Source: Octopus vulgaris (lineage: Eukaryota). Taken from it: a stretch of 64,000 nt of DNA. The position numbers and the translations under genes are program-made. The stretch covers positions 12,896,001 to 12,960,000 of the forward strand of contig OX597817.1 in the NCBI GenBank assembly GCA_951406725.2, given 5' to 3'. Shown one piece after another: positions 25,810 through 36,580 of the stretch (within the stretch, counting starts at the first letter, position 1; each line of letters starts with the position of its first letter). Under the pieces are notes generated by a model. The model was not told the origin of the DNA and made no database searches. It saw only the letters and a list, made by a program, of their open reading frames with translations.

Positions 25810-25996
25810 CGTATTTCTAAGAAATTCAATGAACATCCTATTACAGAGACGAGACCAAAGTCAGTAACATTCAACCGTATCTGGGTATTTTGTTGTACAT
25901 TTATAACCCAAATGCACCTAACAGGTCTACTTAATGGATCTGGATAATCTGGGGACATCAGCACCCCTTCCGAAGCAGTATATGTTCCTCCACAGA
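25810..25996 (-). CDS. CUBN: Cubilin-like exon, CUB6 N-half (VCGGTYTASEGVLMSPDYPDPLSRPVRCIW...CSLNFLEIR)
   Basis: tttatag acceptor, CG|gtaag donor, phase 1 to 2, 187 bp. Confidence 0.92.
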
Positions 25997-26071
25997 CTAT
26001 AAAATATAAAGAAATGGAATTGAAAAAAATACAATGTATTATAAAAGTAACAAATATAAGTAACAAATATA

Positions 26072-26490
26072 TAGGCGCAGGAGTGGCTGTATGGTAAGTA
26101 GCTTGCTAACCAACCACATGGTTCCGGGTTCAGTCCCACTGCGTGGCATCTTGGGCAAGTGTTTCCATGCTATAGCCCCGGGCCGACCAATGCCTTGTGA
26201 GTGGATTTGGTAGACGGAAACTGAAAGAAGCCTGTCGTATATATGTATATGTATATATATATGTACATGTGTGTTTGTGTGTCTGTGTTTGTCCCTCTAG
26301 CATTGCTTGACAACCGATGCTGGTGTGTTTACGTCCCCGTCACTTAGCGGTTCGTCAAAAGAGACCGATAGAATAAGTACTGGGCTTACAAAGAATAAGT
26401 GCCGGGGTCGATTTGCTCGACTAAAGGCGGTGCTCCAGCATGGCCGCAGTCAAATGACTGAAACAAGTAAAAGAGTAAAGAGTAAAGAGT
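26072..26490 (+). mobile_element. SINE family A
   Basis: Full-length copy. Confidence 0.9.
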
Positions 26491-26561
26491 ATATAAAAGT
26501 CGCCATGATAGATCGTTAGTCACTACACACATTTTTTCCCTCCTTGTTTTTTTCTGTGTCA

Positions 26562-26597
26562 CTTTCTGTAGAAGAGCGTCGGCTCGAAACGTAAAAG
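26562..26597 (+). ncRNA. Minimal type I hammerhead-ribozyme-like motif (variant core CUGUAGA), Penelope-like
   Basis: CTTT-CTGTAGA-A-GAGC(gtcg)GCTC-GAAAC-GTA-AAAG: stem I, stem II and GAAA all in register. Confidence 0.55.
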
Positions 26598-26808
26598 ACT
26601 TTTTCTATTCCTGAGCATTATACTAATACATCTGTTTGTTTTGTACGCCACCTGTCTTTGTCGTTTGGTTTTTTCGTAAACTCTCCCTAACAAATATAAC
26701 CACAAAATCAAAACAGAAGCTTCTCTTTTGTCCATCTTCAACTTGTAAGTAAGAGATAAGTATGATTCAGCCAGAATGAAACAACTGGATGGGGATGTTT
26801 GATGCTGA

Positions 26809-27321
26809 CAATTTGGCACAGCTTTTTGGATGCACGCAATTTGGCACAGCTTTTTGGATGCACGCAATTTGGCACAGCTTTTTGGATGCACGCAATTTGG
26901 CACAGCTTTTTGGATGCACGCAATTTGGCACAGCTTTTTGGATGCACGCAATTTGGCACAGCTTTTTGGATGCACGCAATTTGGCACAGCTTTTTGGATG
27001 CACGCAATTTGGCACAGCTTTTTGGATGCACGCAATTTGGCACAGCTTTTTGGATGCACGCAATTTGGCACAGCTTTTTGGATGCACGCAATTTGGCACA
27101 GCTTTTTGGATGCACGCAATTTGGCACAGCTTTTTGGATGCACGCAATTTGGCACAGCTTTTGGATGCACGCAATTTGGCACAGCTTTTTGGATGCACGC
27201 AATTTGGCACAGCTTTTTGGATGCACGCAATTTGGCACAGCTTTTTGGATGCACGCAATTTGGCACAGCTTTTTGGATGCACGCAATTTGGCACAGCTTT
27301 TTGGATGCACGCAATTTGGCA
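26809..27321. repeat. 28-bp tandem array, ~18 near-identical copies (CAATTTGGCACAGCTTTTTGGATGCACG)
   Basis: Directly visible; one 27-bp unit near 27155. Confidence 0.97.
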
Positions 27322-27419
27322 TGGCTTACTGGGCAAAGAACCCTTTTTGGCAACAACACTTTATGGCACTAGAAGCAAATGCACGTACACACACACACAT
27401 GCACGTGTGCAGAAAATAT

Positions 27420-27821
27420 ACAGGAGTGGCTGTGTGGTAAGTAGCTTGCTAACCAACCGCATGGTTCCGGGTTCAGTCCCACTGCGTGGCATCTTGGGCA
27501 AGTGTCTTCTGCTATAGCCTCAGGCCGACCAAAGCCTTGTGAGTGGATTTGGTAGACGGAAACTGAAAGAAGCCCGTCGTATATATGTATATATATATAT
27601 GCGTGTGTGTGTTTGTGTGTCTGTGTTTGTCCTCCTAGCATTGCTTGACAACCGACGCTGGTGTGTTTATGTCCCCGTTACTTAGCGGTTCGGCAAAAGA
27701 GACCGATAGAATAAGTATTGGGCTTACTAAAGAATAAGTCCCGGGGTCGATTTGCTCGATTAAAGGCGGTGCTCCAGCATGGCCGCAGTCAAATGACTGA
27801 AACAAGTAGAAGAGTAAAAGA
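27420..27821 (+). mobile_element. SINE family A
   Basis: Near full-length copy. Confidence 0.9.
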
Positions 27822-28167
27822 ATATACAGGTAGAGAAAGGGGAAAGAGAGGGAGAGGGAGGCATTGCAATTTACTAATTGAACATGACTGACTATAAACA
27901 CTTACCTTCTCCTTGTACACAAAGAGAAATATGCTCACACACACACATAAGCACAATGAGAGAGAGAAAGAGAGAGATTAAAATGTCTGTTGTCAGATCA
28001 GTCAGCATTGAATCAGCAATAAGAAATAGGTATTGAGGGTGCAATTGAAGGTGGCAGTCTTCCAGCCATCACCTCAAGAAAGAACATGTTATACAGGAGA
28101 CTGTTGGAAAAGTAAGGATAAAATATCCTGTGATCTCCTTCGTTAGAAACCCACACTTAGACTCACA

Positions 28168-28730
28168 GCAGCCATGTTCCTACCGCTCTATGTCACGCTG
28201 GTGGGACCCATATTGGGGTACGGGATTCAAGCCTCTTCTCCTTATCTCCTCAAAGACATACAGCATCTCGAAAGGGTCCAGAAGCTGGCTACCCGCATGG
28301 TTCTTGGTCTCAAAAATTTGTCCTATGAAGAAAGGCTGAGGACGCTCGACCTTTATTCTCTAGAAAAACGCCGCCGCCGTGGTGATCTCATTCTCGCTCA
28401 CAACATCATAAGCGGAAAGTGTAACCTCTGAAAGAGCTGTTCTTCACTCCTGCTCCAGAGCGTCGGCTGCGGGGTCATTCCGAAAAGCTCTACCTGCGAC
28501 GATTTCATCTCAATCGAAGGAGAGGAGCTTTCTCCGTCCGTGTTGCGGATCCATGGAACAAGCTGCCAAACGAGATGGTGAAGATGCCGATGACCGCTTG
28601 GTTCAAAGCCTCCCTTGACCTCAAGTGGCCTGAACTCTTTACATGAACACCACCCTGTACTTAACTCCATGTCCCCCTACATGGCCTTGCTATTTGCTTT
28701 TGAGCCAAATTAACTAACTAACTAACTAAC
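28168..28730 (+). mobile_element. CR1-clade LINE 3' fragment
   Basis: LERVQKLATRMV.GLKNLSYEERL..LDLYSLEKRRRRGDLI, (TAAC)n tail. Confidence 0.88.
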
Positions 28731-29005
28731 AACTAAATGTGAAGAGTGCTTGTGAGAAAGGTCTTCCCAATATGTACCCAATAGATGGACCAATCATCCA
28801 AATTGACAGCAGTATGATAGATAAAGCAATCAAGGATATGAAAAGCAAAAAAAAAATCATTGGTCCATCAGGAATCACGGCTGAAGTGTCTAAAATATCT
28901 GGCAGAGTAGAATGCAGCTTAGTCACCTGTTTAGCCAATTAAGTTGTACAAGAAGATGTCACACCCAATGTCAGTTGTCATAAGGGTAAAGTAGATGCCT
29001 TAGAT

Positions 29006-29392
29006 TGTGGAGGCGCAATGGCCCAGTGGTTAGGGCAGTGGACTCGTGGTCGTAGGATCGCGGTTTCAATTCCCAGACCGGGCGTTGTGAGTGTTTATTG
29101 AGCAAAAATACCTAAAAGCTCTACGAGGCTCCGGCAGGGGATGGTGGTGATCCCTGCCGTACTCTTTCACCACAACTTTCTCTCACTCTTACTTTCTGTT
29201 TCTGTTGTACCTGTATTTCAAAGGGCCGGCCTTGTCACACTCTGTGTCACGCTGAATATCCCCGAGAACTACATTAAGGGTGCACGTGTCTGTGGAGTGC
29301 TCAGCCACTTACACGTTAATTTCACGAGCAGGCTGTTCCATTGATTTGAATCAACTGGAACCCTCATCGTCGTAACCGACGGAGTGCTTCCA
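29006..29392 (+). mobile_element. SINE family B with 18-bp TSD
   Basis: TSD aaagtagatgccttagat. Confidence 0.9.
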
Positions 29393-30034
29393 AAAGTAGA
29401 TGCCTTAGATATAATTATAGACGTATAGAATTGTGGAACCAAGTCATGAAAGTTAAAAAGGGAGTCTAATTGATAAGGAGTAGAATTAGACTAGATGAGA
29501 TGCAGTTTGGTTTTGTACCAAAGGGGAGTACTATGGAAGTGGTCTTCTTAGAAGGTAACTGCAGAAGAAATATCTTGTTAGAAATAAACTAATTGTATTT
29601 GGCATTTGTTGCCAAGGAGAAAGCTTTCAAAAGTATCCCTTACTCTTGTGTCTCTAAGAAGCTAGATGTAGACAAATGACTTGTTAGGGTCATACAAGCC
29701 AGGTATAGGGGGTGCAGTCAGTAGTGATAGTTGGCTATGAGTACAGCAATAAATTTAGTGTACAAGATCGAGTCCACTAAGTGATTAGTATTCAGTCCCT
29801 TCTTATTCCACATCATAAGAGATGCATTTAAGACCGGCGGCTTTGAGAACTACTATATGCTGATGACCCCATTCTTACAGTAGAATCTGTACCAGAACTG
29901 GAAAAGAAATTTTAGGTGTAGATGCAAAACCAGGACTCAAAGAGCCTTAAAGTTAACCTGACAAAGACCAAAGTTGTAGTTAGCAAGAAGATGGCTAAGA
30001 TTCTCTCCATCAGGTAAATGGCTCTGCTCAATAT

Positions 30035-31197
30035 TGTTACGGAACGGACTGGAATCGCCCGCCGTCGTCGCTCGCCCCGAACGGCTCACAAGTTCCGCCA
30101 CGGAGCCCAAAGAGGCGGAGAGAGGAGAGGAGACACAACAACAACAACAACCTCAGCACAGAGATACAAAGGCACAACCCGAGATACAACCCAAAGAGGC
30201 AAGGCAACAGAGACACTGGCTTATATTCAAACAACAGTTTATACGACAATTACAATTGCTACACATCAAATACATTTAAGGCAGACATTTAAAGGAAGAC
30301 ATGCACGTGACTACTCAATACATCATACAGTATACCACAGATCAAAGCATTTAACAACATGCATGTAACAATATAACAGTGTTCAGTAACGACACAACAA
30401 GTCCAGATCAAATAATGTTCACGATACGTCACAGTCCAATCAGAACACTTCGATACATTATACAATGTTCGTATCACAACAATTCACGTTACAATTCAAC
30501 AAGTCCTTTACTCAATTCACAATGTTCTTTATCGACTACATTGACAGAGTCCTTCTTTTTCTCTCTTCTTTCTCTTCTTTTCTTTTACATCGTGACACGT
30601 ATCAATACACAATCACATACCTTAATTCCTAACTGAATCTGCCAGTGTCCCATTCCTCTCAATACTGCTAATTCCTCTGAATACTGCTAATTCCCTTCTG
30701 CGCCGCCAAGCTTTCTCGCATCCAACTTGCTCCTAAGAATTCCAACGCTTGCTCCTTAAATCCAAGGTCCGTCTGTCTTCTTCGAGGACCAGCCAGCGAC
30801 TGCAAGATCCGTCTGTGTTCTTCGACGACCGCTCAACGACTGCCAAGACCTCACTTCGTCTCTGTCCTTCTTCCACTCCCCTCATCTCCCTCTGTCTATA
30901 TCGCTCTTACCCTTTCTAACTGCCCTGGTCCTTATACCCTATCTATATCGCCTGCTGTCTCTTAGCCTCTCCATCCGTCCCCTACTGCTTATACCCTATC
31001 TCTATTTGCTCTCAGCCCTTAATCTGTCCCTTTTTCTTTCACTTCTCACTGACCCTCTTATCAACCGCACGAGGTCACAGGTCATTCCAAAACCCATCAG
31101 TCCTCCATTAGACAAAGAACCCGTCACTTTTCACCAGACATCATGGTGCCATTATTCCTATGTGGGTCACCAGAAATGCACCTAGCCAACCGTAACA
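30035..31197 (-). repeat. 3' LTR (1163 bp)
   Basis: Direct repeat of 33160-34294; has extra 19-bp and 9-bp duplications. Confidence 0.95.
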
Positions 31198-31210
31198 CTA
31201 CCCCCTACCT
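31198..31210 (-). promoter_or_regulatory. Polypurine tract AGGTAGGGGGTAG
   Basis: Immediately precedes the 3' LTR on the minus strand. Confidence 0.85.
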
Positions 31211-33101
31211 AAGCTTTTGTCGACCCGACAAAGCATACTAAACTCGCACCTCCGAGCAGCAGACTCTCCAGGGGCTGGGGGGTCCCCTTGGGTGGTTTCT
31301 CCTCCGGGGGTCTCACCACCCACGGCCACCACTTCAGCACCAGCCACAGGTTGGCACCTTCCCTCTGCGGCTTGGGTAACACCTCCGCCAACGCCGCCAG
31401 GCTTCCTACTAGCCGCCCACAATAGGCGCACCGTCCGAGGAAGTTCCTCAAATCCCTCACACAGGAAGGGTCCGGCCAATCCTTCACAGTGGCCACCTTC
31501 CTCAGGGCTCTATATCCCACGTAGCACCTCGCTGTGCCATCCCCATTCCGCGCAACTATCGCCGACGACCAGGGACCATTCCGCTTTTCCAGTGTTCCCC
31601 GTCGCTGATATCTCCTCTTGCACTGCCGTACTGGGACTTTCCTCCGGCCTCGCTGCTTCCTCAAGCGACGACCGCCTTGGTCGACGAAACGTTCTGCCAG
31701 GTCCGTGCGACCAGCATCCAACAACCCTCGCGACCAACGTCCTGCACTTTTCACCAACGGTTGCTTCTTCCGCAACTGCATCAGCGGACCACGATCTCCC
31801 TTAACTTCATCTCTGCACCGGCAGAACTGACCCCGCCGCTGGTTTACCGTCCGGCGCAGTTCCACGATTTGCCCTCTGCAAATCGCCTGCGCAGCCTTCA
31901 ATAACTCGGCCGACCCAACCAGCGCTCTGTCAGCTTCTGCCTCCACCAGGGTCCAGCCGACCCTCGATTGAGTTCCTATTCCGCACTGCATGTCGGGCTC
32001 CACCAGCCCCACGCAACCATCGAACACAGCGCTCCCCCAAGTGCCAACAAAGCACCAGCGACTCCTTGCGGACCGCCTCCTCAACTGCATCCGTGGGCCA
32101 CCAACTCCTTCAACTGCGTTGCCGTATCGGCAGAACTGGCCCCACCACTGGTTCGCCTTCTGGCACGATTCCTCGATTTGCCTTCTGCAAATCGCCTGTG
32201 CCACTTCCAAAAGATCGGCCGATCCAGCCAGCGCTCCGCCAGCTTCTGCTTCCACTAGGGTCCACCCGACCCTCAATCGAGCTTTCACTAGGCACTGCCT
32301 GTCGGGCTCCACCGGCCCCAAGCAACCATCAACCACAAAGCTCACCCAACGCTGAAGCAGTCTTCCTGGTCTCGGTGGACCCACCACCGTTCGCAGCCGT
32401 CTTGCCTCGTCAACGGGCTTGGTCCTTTTCCTCACCAGCCTCCGTACCGCAGACCTCACAACACACACGCTCGGCCGCCAGTCCATCCACGCCTGTGGCC
32501 TCTCCACAGTGGGAACCATACAGTCCTTCTGGGCCCCAAGAGACAGGGGTCCAGACACCAAAGGACTCACACACGGCACAACACCTGCCGCGACCATCAC
32601 ACACAGAGCCGGAACCTCGGATTCAGCGACATCCGCCCCAGACCTCGCCAGCTCTTCGTCCCGAGCTCCGAGAGACAGGGGTCGAGATGCCAAGGGCCCC
32701 AGACACGGAACAACAGCATCAGCCATAACAACTTCAACAAGCCTTTTGGTTAATTCAACCTCTACGGGTTCCAAATCACAAGATTTCTTGGGTACAGCGT
32801 CACAAATTTCGGCAACCAACCCAGGTTCCGCAAAACTTCCTTCACTATCTGATTCTCTCGATGCTTTGTTCGACGGGCAATCTCTGCCCACAGGACCGTC
32901 GCTATCCCCGGTCCAACACCGATCCTCCAAAGCTGACCCATCCGCAACCTCAAGCTCCCGCTGATCTGCCCACAGGCCCTGTCGCCTCCTGTCCATTCTC
33001 TCCACGAACGCGTCCGTCTGCGCCATCTGGCCCCTTAACATCTCCACAATCAGAGCAAGCGAAATCTCCTCGTCTCCGGTCTGACAACCAGACAAATCCA
33101 T
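31209..33101 (-). CDS. LTR-element internal ORF, 630 aa from first ATG; collapsed pol-derived protein lacking the RT catalytic core, RNase H and integrase
   Basis: Open from just after the PBS to the PPT; GRTDL.., PWSSAIV..DGTARCYVGYRAL and VKDWPDP..VRDLRNFLG resemble Gypsy RT flanking motifs. Confidence 0.7.
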   Translation of the reverse strand: MDLSGCQTGDEEISLALIVEMLRGQMAQTDAFVERMDRRRQGLWADQRELEVADGSALEDRCWTGDSDGPVGRDCPSNKASRESDSEGSFAEPGLVAEICDAVPKKSCDLEPVEVELTKRLVEVVMADAVVPCLGPLASRPLSLGARDEELARSGADVAESEVPALCVMVAAGVVPCVSPLVSGPLSLGAQKDCMVPTVERPQAWMDWRPSVCVVRSAVRRLVRKRTKPVDEARRLRTVVGPPRPGRLLQRWVSFVVDGCLGPVEPDRQCLVKARLRVGWTLVEAEAGGALAGSADLLEVAQAICRRQIEESCQKANQWWGQFCRYGNAVEGVGGPRMQLRRRSARSRWCFVGTWGSAVFDGCVGLVEPDMQCGIGTQSRVGWTLVEAEADRALVGSAELLKAAQAICRGQIVELRRTVNQRRGQFCRCRDEVKGDRGPLMQLRKKQPLVKSAGRWSRGLLDAGRTDLAERFVDQGGRRLRKQRGRRKVPVRQCKRRYQRRGTLEKRNGPWSSAIVARNGDGTARCYVGYRALRKVATVKDWPDPSCVRDLRNFLGRCAYCGRLVGSLAALAEVLPKPQREGANLWLVLKWWPWVVRPPEEKPPKGTPQPLESLLLGGASLVCFVGSTKA

Positions 33102-33139
33102 AGCGAAAAAGAACCGATCGAAACGCAGCAATCAGGACA

Positions 33140-33157
33140 ATCCCACTTCTGACACCA
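33140..33157 (-). promoter_or_regulatory. Primer-binding site TGGTGTCAGAAGTGGGAT (tRNA-Leu type)
   Basis: 2 nt after the 5' LTR; complementary to ..ATCCCACTTCTGACACCA, a tRNA-Leu 3' end. Confidence 0.9.
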
Positions 33158-33159
33158 GT

Positions 33160-34294
33160 TGTTACGGAACGGACTGGAATCGCCCGCCGTCGTCGCTCGC
33201 CCCGAACGGCTCACAAGTTCCGCCACGGAGCCCAAAGAGGCGGAGAGAGGAAAGGAGACACAACAACAACAACAACCTCAGCACAGAGATACAGAGGCAC
33301 AACCCGAGATACAACCCAAAGAGGCAAAGCAACAGAGACACTGGCTTATATTCAAACAACAGTTTATACGACAATTACAATTGCTACACATCAAATACAT
33401 TTAAGGCAGACATTTAAAGGAAGACATGCACGTGACTACTCAATACATCATACAGTATACCACAGATCAAAGCATTTAACAACATGCATGTAACAATATA
33501 ACAGTGTTCAGTAACGACACAACAAGTCCAGATCAAATAATGTTCACGATACGTCACAGTCCAATCAGAACACTTCGATACATTATACAATGTTCGTATC
33601 ACAACAATTCACGTTACAATTCAACAAGTCCTTTACTCAATTCACAATGTTCTTTATCGACTACATCGACAGAGTCCTTCTTTTTCTCTCTTCTTTTCTT
33701 TTACATCGTGACACGTATCAATACACAATCACATACCTTAATTCCTAACTGAATCTGCCAGTGTCCCATTCCTCTCAATACTGCTAATTCCCTTCTGCGC
33801 CGCCAAGCTTTCTCGCATCCAACTTGCTCCTAAGAATTCCAACGCTTGCTCCTTAAATCCAAGGTCCGTCTGTCTTCTTCGAGGACCAGCCAGCGACTGC
33901 AAGATCCGTCTGTGTTCTTCGACGACCGCTCAACGACTGCCAAGACCTCACTTCGTCTCTGTCCTTCTTCCACTCCCCTCATCTCCCTCTGTCTATATCG
34001 CTCTTACCCTTTCTAACTGCCCTGGTCCTTATACCCTATCTATATCGCCTGCTGTCTCTTAGCCTCTCCATCCGTCCCCTACTGCTTATACCCTATCTCT
34101 ATTTGCTCTCAGCCCTTAATCTGTCCCTTTTTCTTTCACTTCTCACTGACCCTCTTATCAACCGCACGAGGTCACAGGTCATTCCAAAACCCATCAGTCC
34201 TCCATTAGACAAAGAACCCGTCACTTTTCACCAGACATCATGGTGCCATTATTCCTATGTGGGTCACCAGAAATGCACCTAGCCAACCGTAACA
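33160..34294 (-). repeat. 5' LTR (1135 bp)
   Basis: Near-identical to 30035-31197. Confidence 0.95.
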
Positions 34295-35989
34295 ATATGT
34301 AGGAGAGGTGTTGGAATGAATTCCATATTTTGTACCCATTCCAAGCTATGGACACATAAAAGGTGCAAGAGAAATCACAGGAAGCTCAACAGAGAAAGTG
34401 GTCTTTATATGCAGCAGATGCACAGGAAAAAATAAACATTAAGGATACATGGCAATTAGATTTTCTCAAATACCTAGGAGGCTTTCTAGATGTTGTATAT
34501 AGCTGCTGTTATCTATAATAGGTGGCTAATTAGCAGTAGAGGAGGATGTTCTGAAAGTCTAATTGTAAAAATAAGAAGAGGATGGAAAGAGTTCAAAGCG
34601 ACCTCTGCTGGTAAAAAGAGGCCTCTCTCTCTCTCTTTCTCTCAGATTGAAAGGTAGATTGTATTTATTTTTATTTTATTTTTTTATTTTATCTAGTTTC
34701 AGCTCACGAGCTGTGGCCATGCTGGGGCACCGCCATTTGCATGCGTATGAACAATTGTACTGCATGCTAGTGAAACATAAGCTCTGAATACAGAAGACAT
34801 GCAAAGACGAGAGAGGAATTAAGTTAGTATGCTCTGATAGTTGTGCAACATCAGTGGATGTATGACAAAGTGCAAATGTGTTAAGAGAAAAATTAAGTAC
34901 AAAAGGATCAGATGTAGTATGCAATAGAGAAGACTGCAATGGAATTGTCATGTGGTATGTATGAGGGAGGACAGCTGTATAAAGAAATTCTAACTGTTTA
35001 AAGTGGATAGAAGTCGTGGAAGGGAGAGACCCAGGATAATGATGAAGTGGTGAAGGATGATCTCAAGATGTTGAGTTTCATCAAGATGACAAAGGACAAG
35101 TAATGTCTAACAATATGAGGTTCTTGAGAAGACCCGTCCACTTCAGTGACACTGAGTTCTGGAAGAGCTGTGTACTTTGTGTTCTCCACCCACATGTTAT
35201 ACTGATTCACCCGTTACCCCCAATGAACCAAATTGCTTCTCATCATGCTCTATACCTACCTCTTCCCATAGTTCCTGCCTTGTCATCTCTCTCTCTCTCT
35301 TATCCTCCCATTGCTATCCTGTCGATTGTACCGTTACTATCCTGCTGTGACCCCACCCCCAGCTATTTTCTTCTGTGTCCCTCCATCCTCCCCAACTCAT
35401 GACACATTAGTCATCATCCCTTAAATTTACCCAATCTTTATTATCCATTTTTACATTCTTGTAAATTCATTTTTACATTCTTGTAAATCCTTTTACATTC
35501 TTGTAAATTCACCCATCTACCCACTTCTACTCAATTCATGCTTTGAGGGGCCCACCTGGATACCTTGGGTGCAGTACCTATCCCTTTGCAGCTACTGCTG
35601 AATACTCTCTCCTTGCTCCGCTACTAAATGTGAGTAACCATGCAACTCTTCTACAAGAACCTGCTTTATCCATCCTCCCTTCTCTCATACTTTAACCCTC
35701 CATCCCCTGGCATAAAACCAGACCCCCACCTCCTCAGCTCTTGTGAGCTGCATGGTGACCTTGATAGTGATGGTGGAATTAGGAAGGGCATCCAGCAACA
35801 GAAACCATGCCAAAGCAGACATTAGAGTACTGTCAAACAATCAGATCCTATCAAACCATCCACCCTATGCCAGCAAGGAACATGGACATTAAATGATGAT
35901 GTTGATGGTTTGTTCAATGCTGGGGTGCTTCTGCCAATCATCCACCATATCTAGTAAAGACATAAAAATGGATAAAATGTAAAGATCTC

Positions 35990-36305
35990 CTTGGTGATGA
36001 ATGACCAGGGGATTGCACCTAGAAAGTTCCCCTCCAAGGCACAAGTCCAAGCAAGGTTGTTTATGAAAGGCCAGCAGTCACCCAGCCTTTCCTCTCCATG
36101 CTACCAATGTTATCCAAGAGAAAGGCAAAGGCCAGTACAGCTTGGCACCAGTGATGTTGCAACTCATTTCTATAGCTAAGTGAACTAGAGCAACGTGAAA
36201 TAGAGTGTCTTGCTCAAAAGCACAACGCACAGCTTGGTCCGGGAACTGAATTCACTACCTCATGATCATGAACTCGATGCTCTAGCCACTGAGTCATGTA
36301 CCTTT
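35990..36305 (-). mobile_element. SINE family D
   Basis: Matches 4200-4517. Confidence 0.75.
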
Positions 36306-36580
36306 ACAGTAAAGACATTATGTTTATAATAATTATTTGTAATGTAACCACAAGGCCAGAAATTTAATGGGCCGAGGGAAATTGATAAAAAAATGAACCC
36401 TAGTACTTGACTGGTATTTTATTGACCCTAGAAAGGTGAAAGACAAAATTGACCACAGCATAATTTGAACTTCAAATGCAAAGATCCAGACCAAATTCTA
36501 CAAGGTATTTGTCTGATATAGAATTAAGTCTGCTAATTGACCACCATATATGTGGTTTATATCCTAGTGCTGAAACTGAC

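Larger units (their letters stand above)
30035..34294 (-). mobile_element. Complete non-autonomous Ty3/Gypsy-derived LTR element
   Basis: Two ~1.15-kb LTRs (TGTTACGG...CCGTAACA), ATAT TSD, PBS and PPT, single internal ORF. Confidence 0.95.
28730..35900 (+). mobile_element. Decayed RTE-clade LINE hosting SINE B, the LTR element and a short SINE tail
   Basis: GPSGITAE, MQFGFVP, LYADD; the GKWLCS/ICRRGVG sequence is continuous across the LTR insertion. Confidence 0.8.

Noticed and set aside
26559-27517. Six overlapping ORFs, or a CRISPR array, at the 28-bp repeat
   Set aside because: Head-to-tail identical units with no spacers; the ORFs are translations of the repeat.
27901-28090. Strong AG|gtaagt donor at 27906 and a GRLPPSI-like peptide as the missing CUB5 exon
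   Set aside because: The upstream sequence is microsatellite-like, the frame hits a stop, and there are no YCG or GF motifs.
31217-33103. Plus-strand ORFs antisense to the LTR-element ORF
   Set aside because: Shadow frames of GC-rich sequence with no recognisable motifs.
35510-35580. tag|GTACTGC giving K-Y-C in phase 2 as the missing exon
   Set aside because: No polypyrimidine tract, a stop after ~20 codons, not CUB-like, and it lies inside a LINE 3' UTR.
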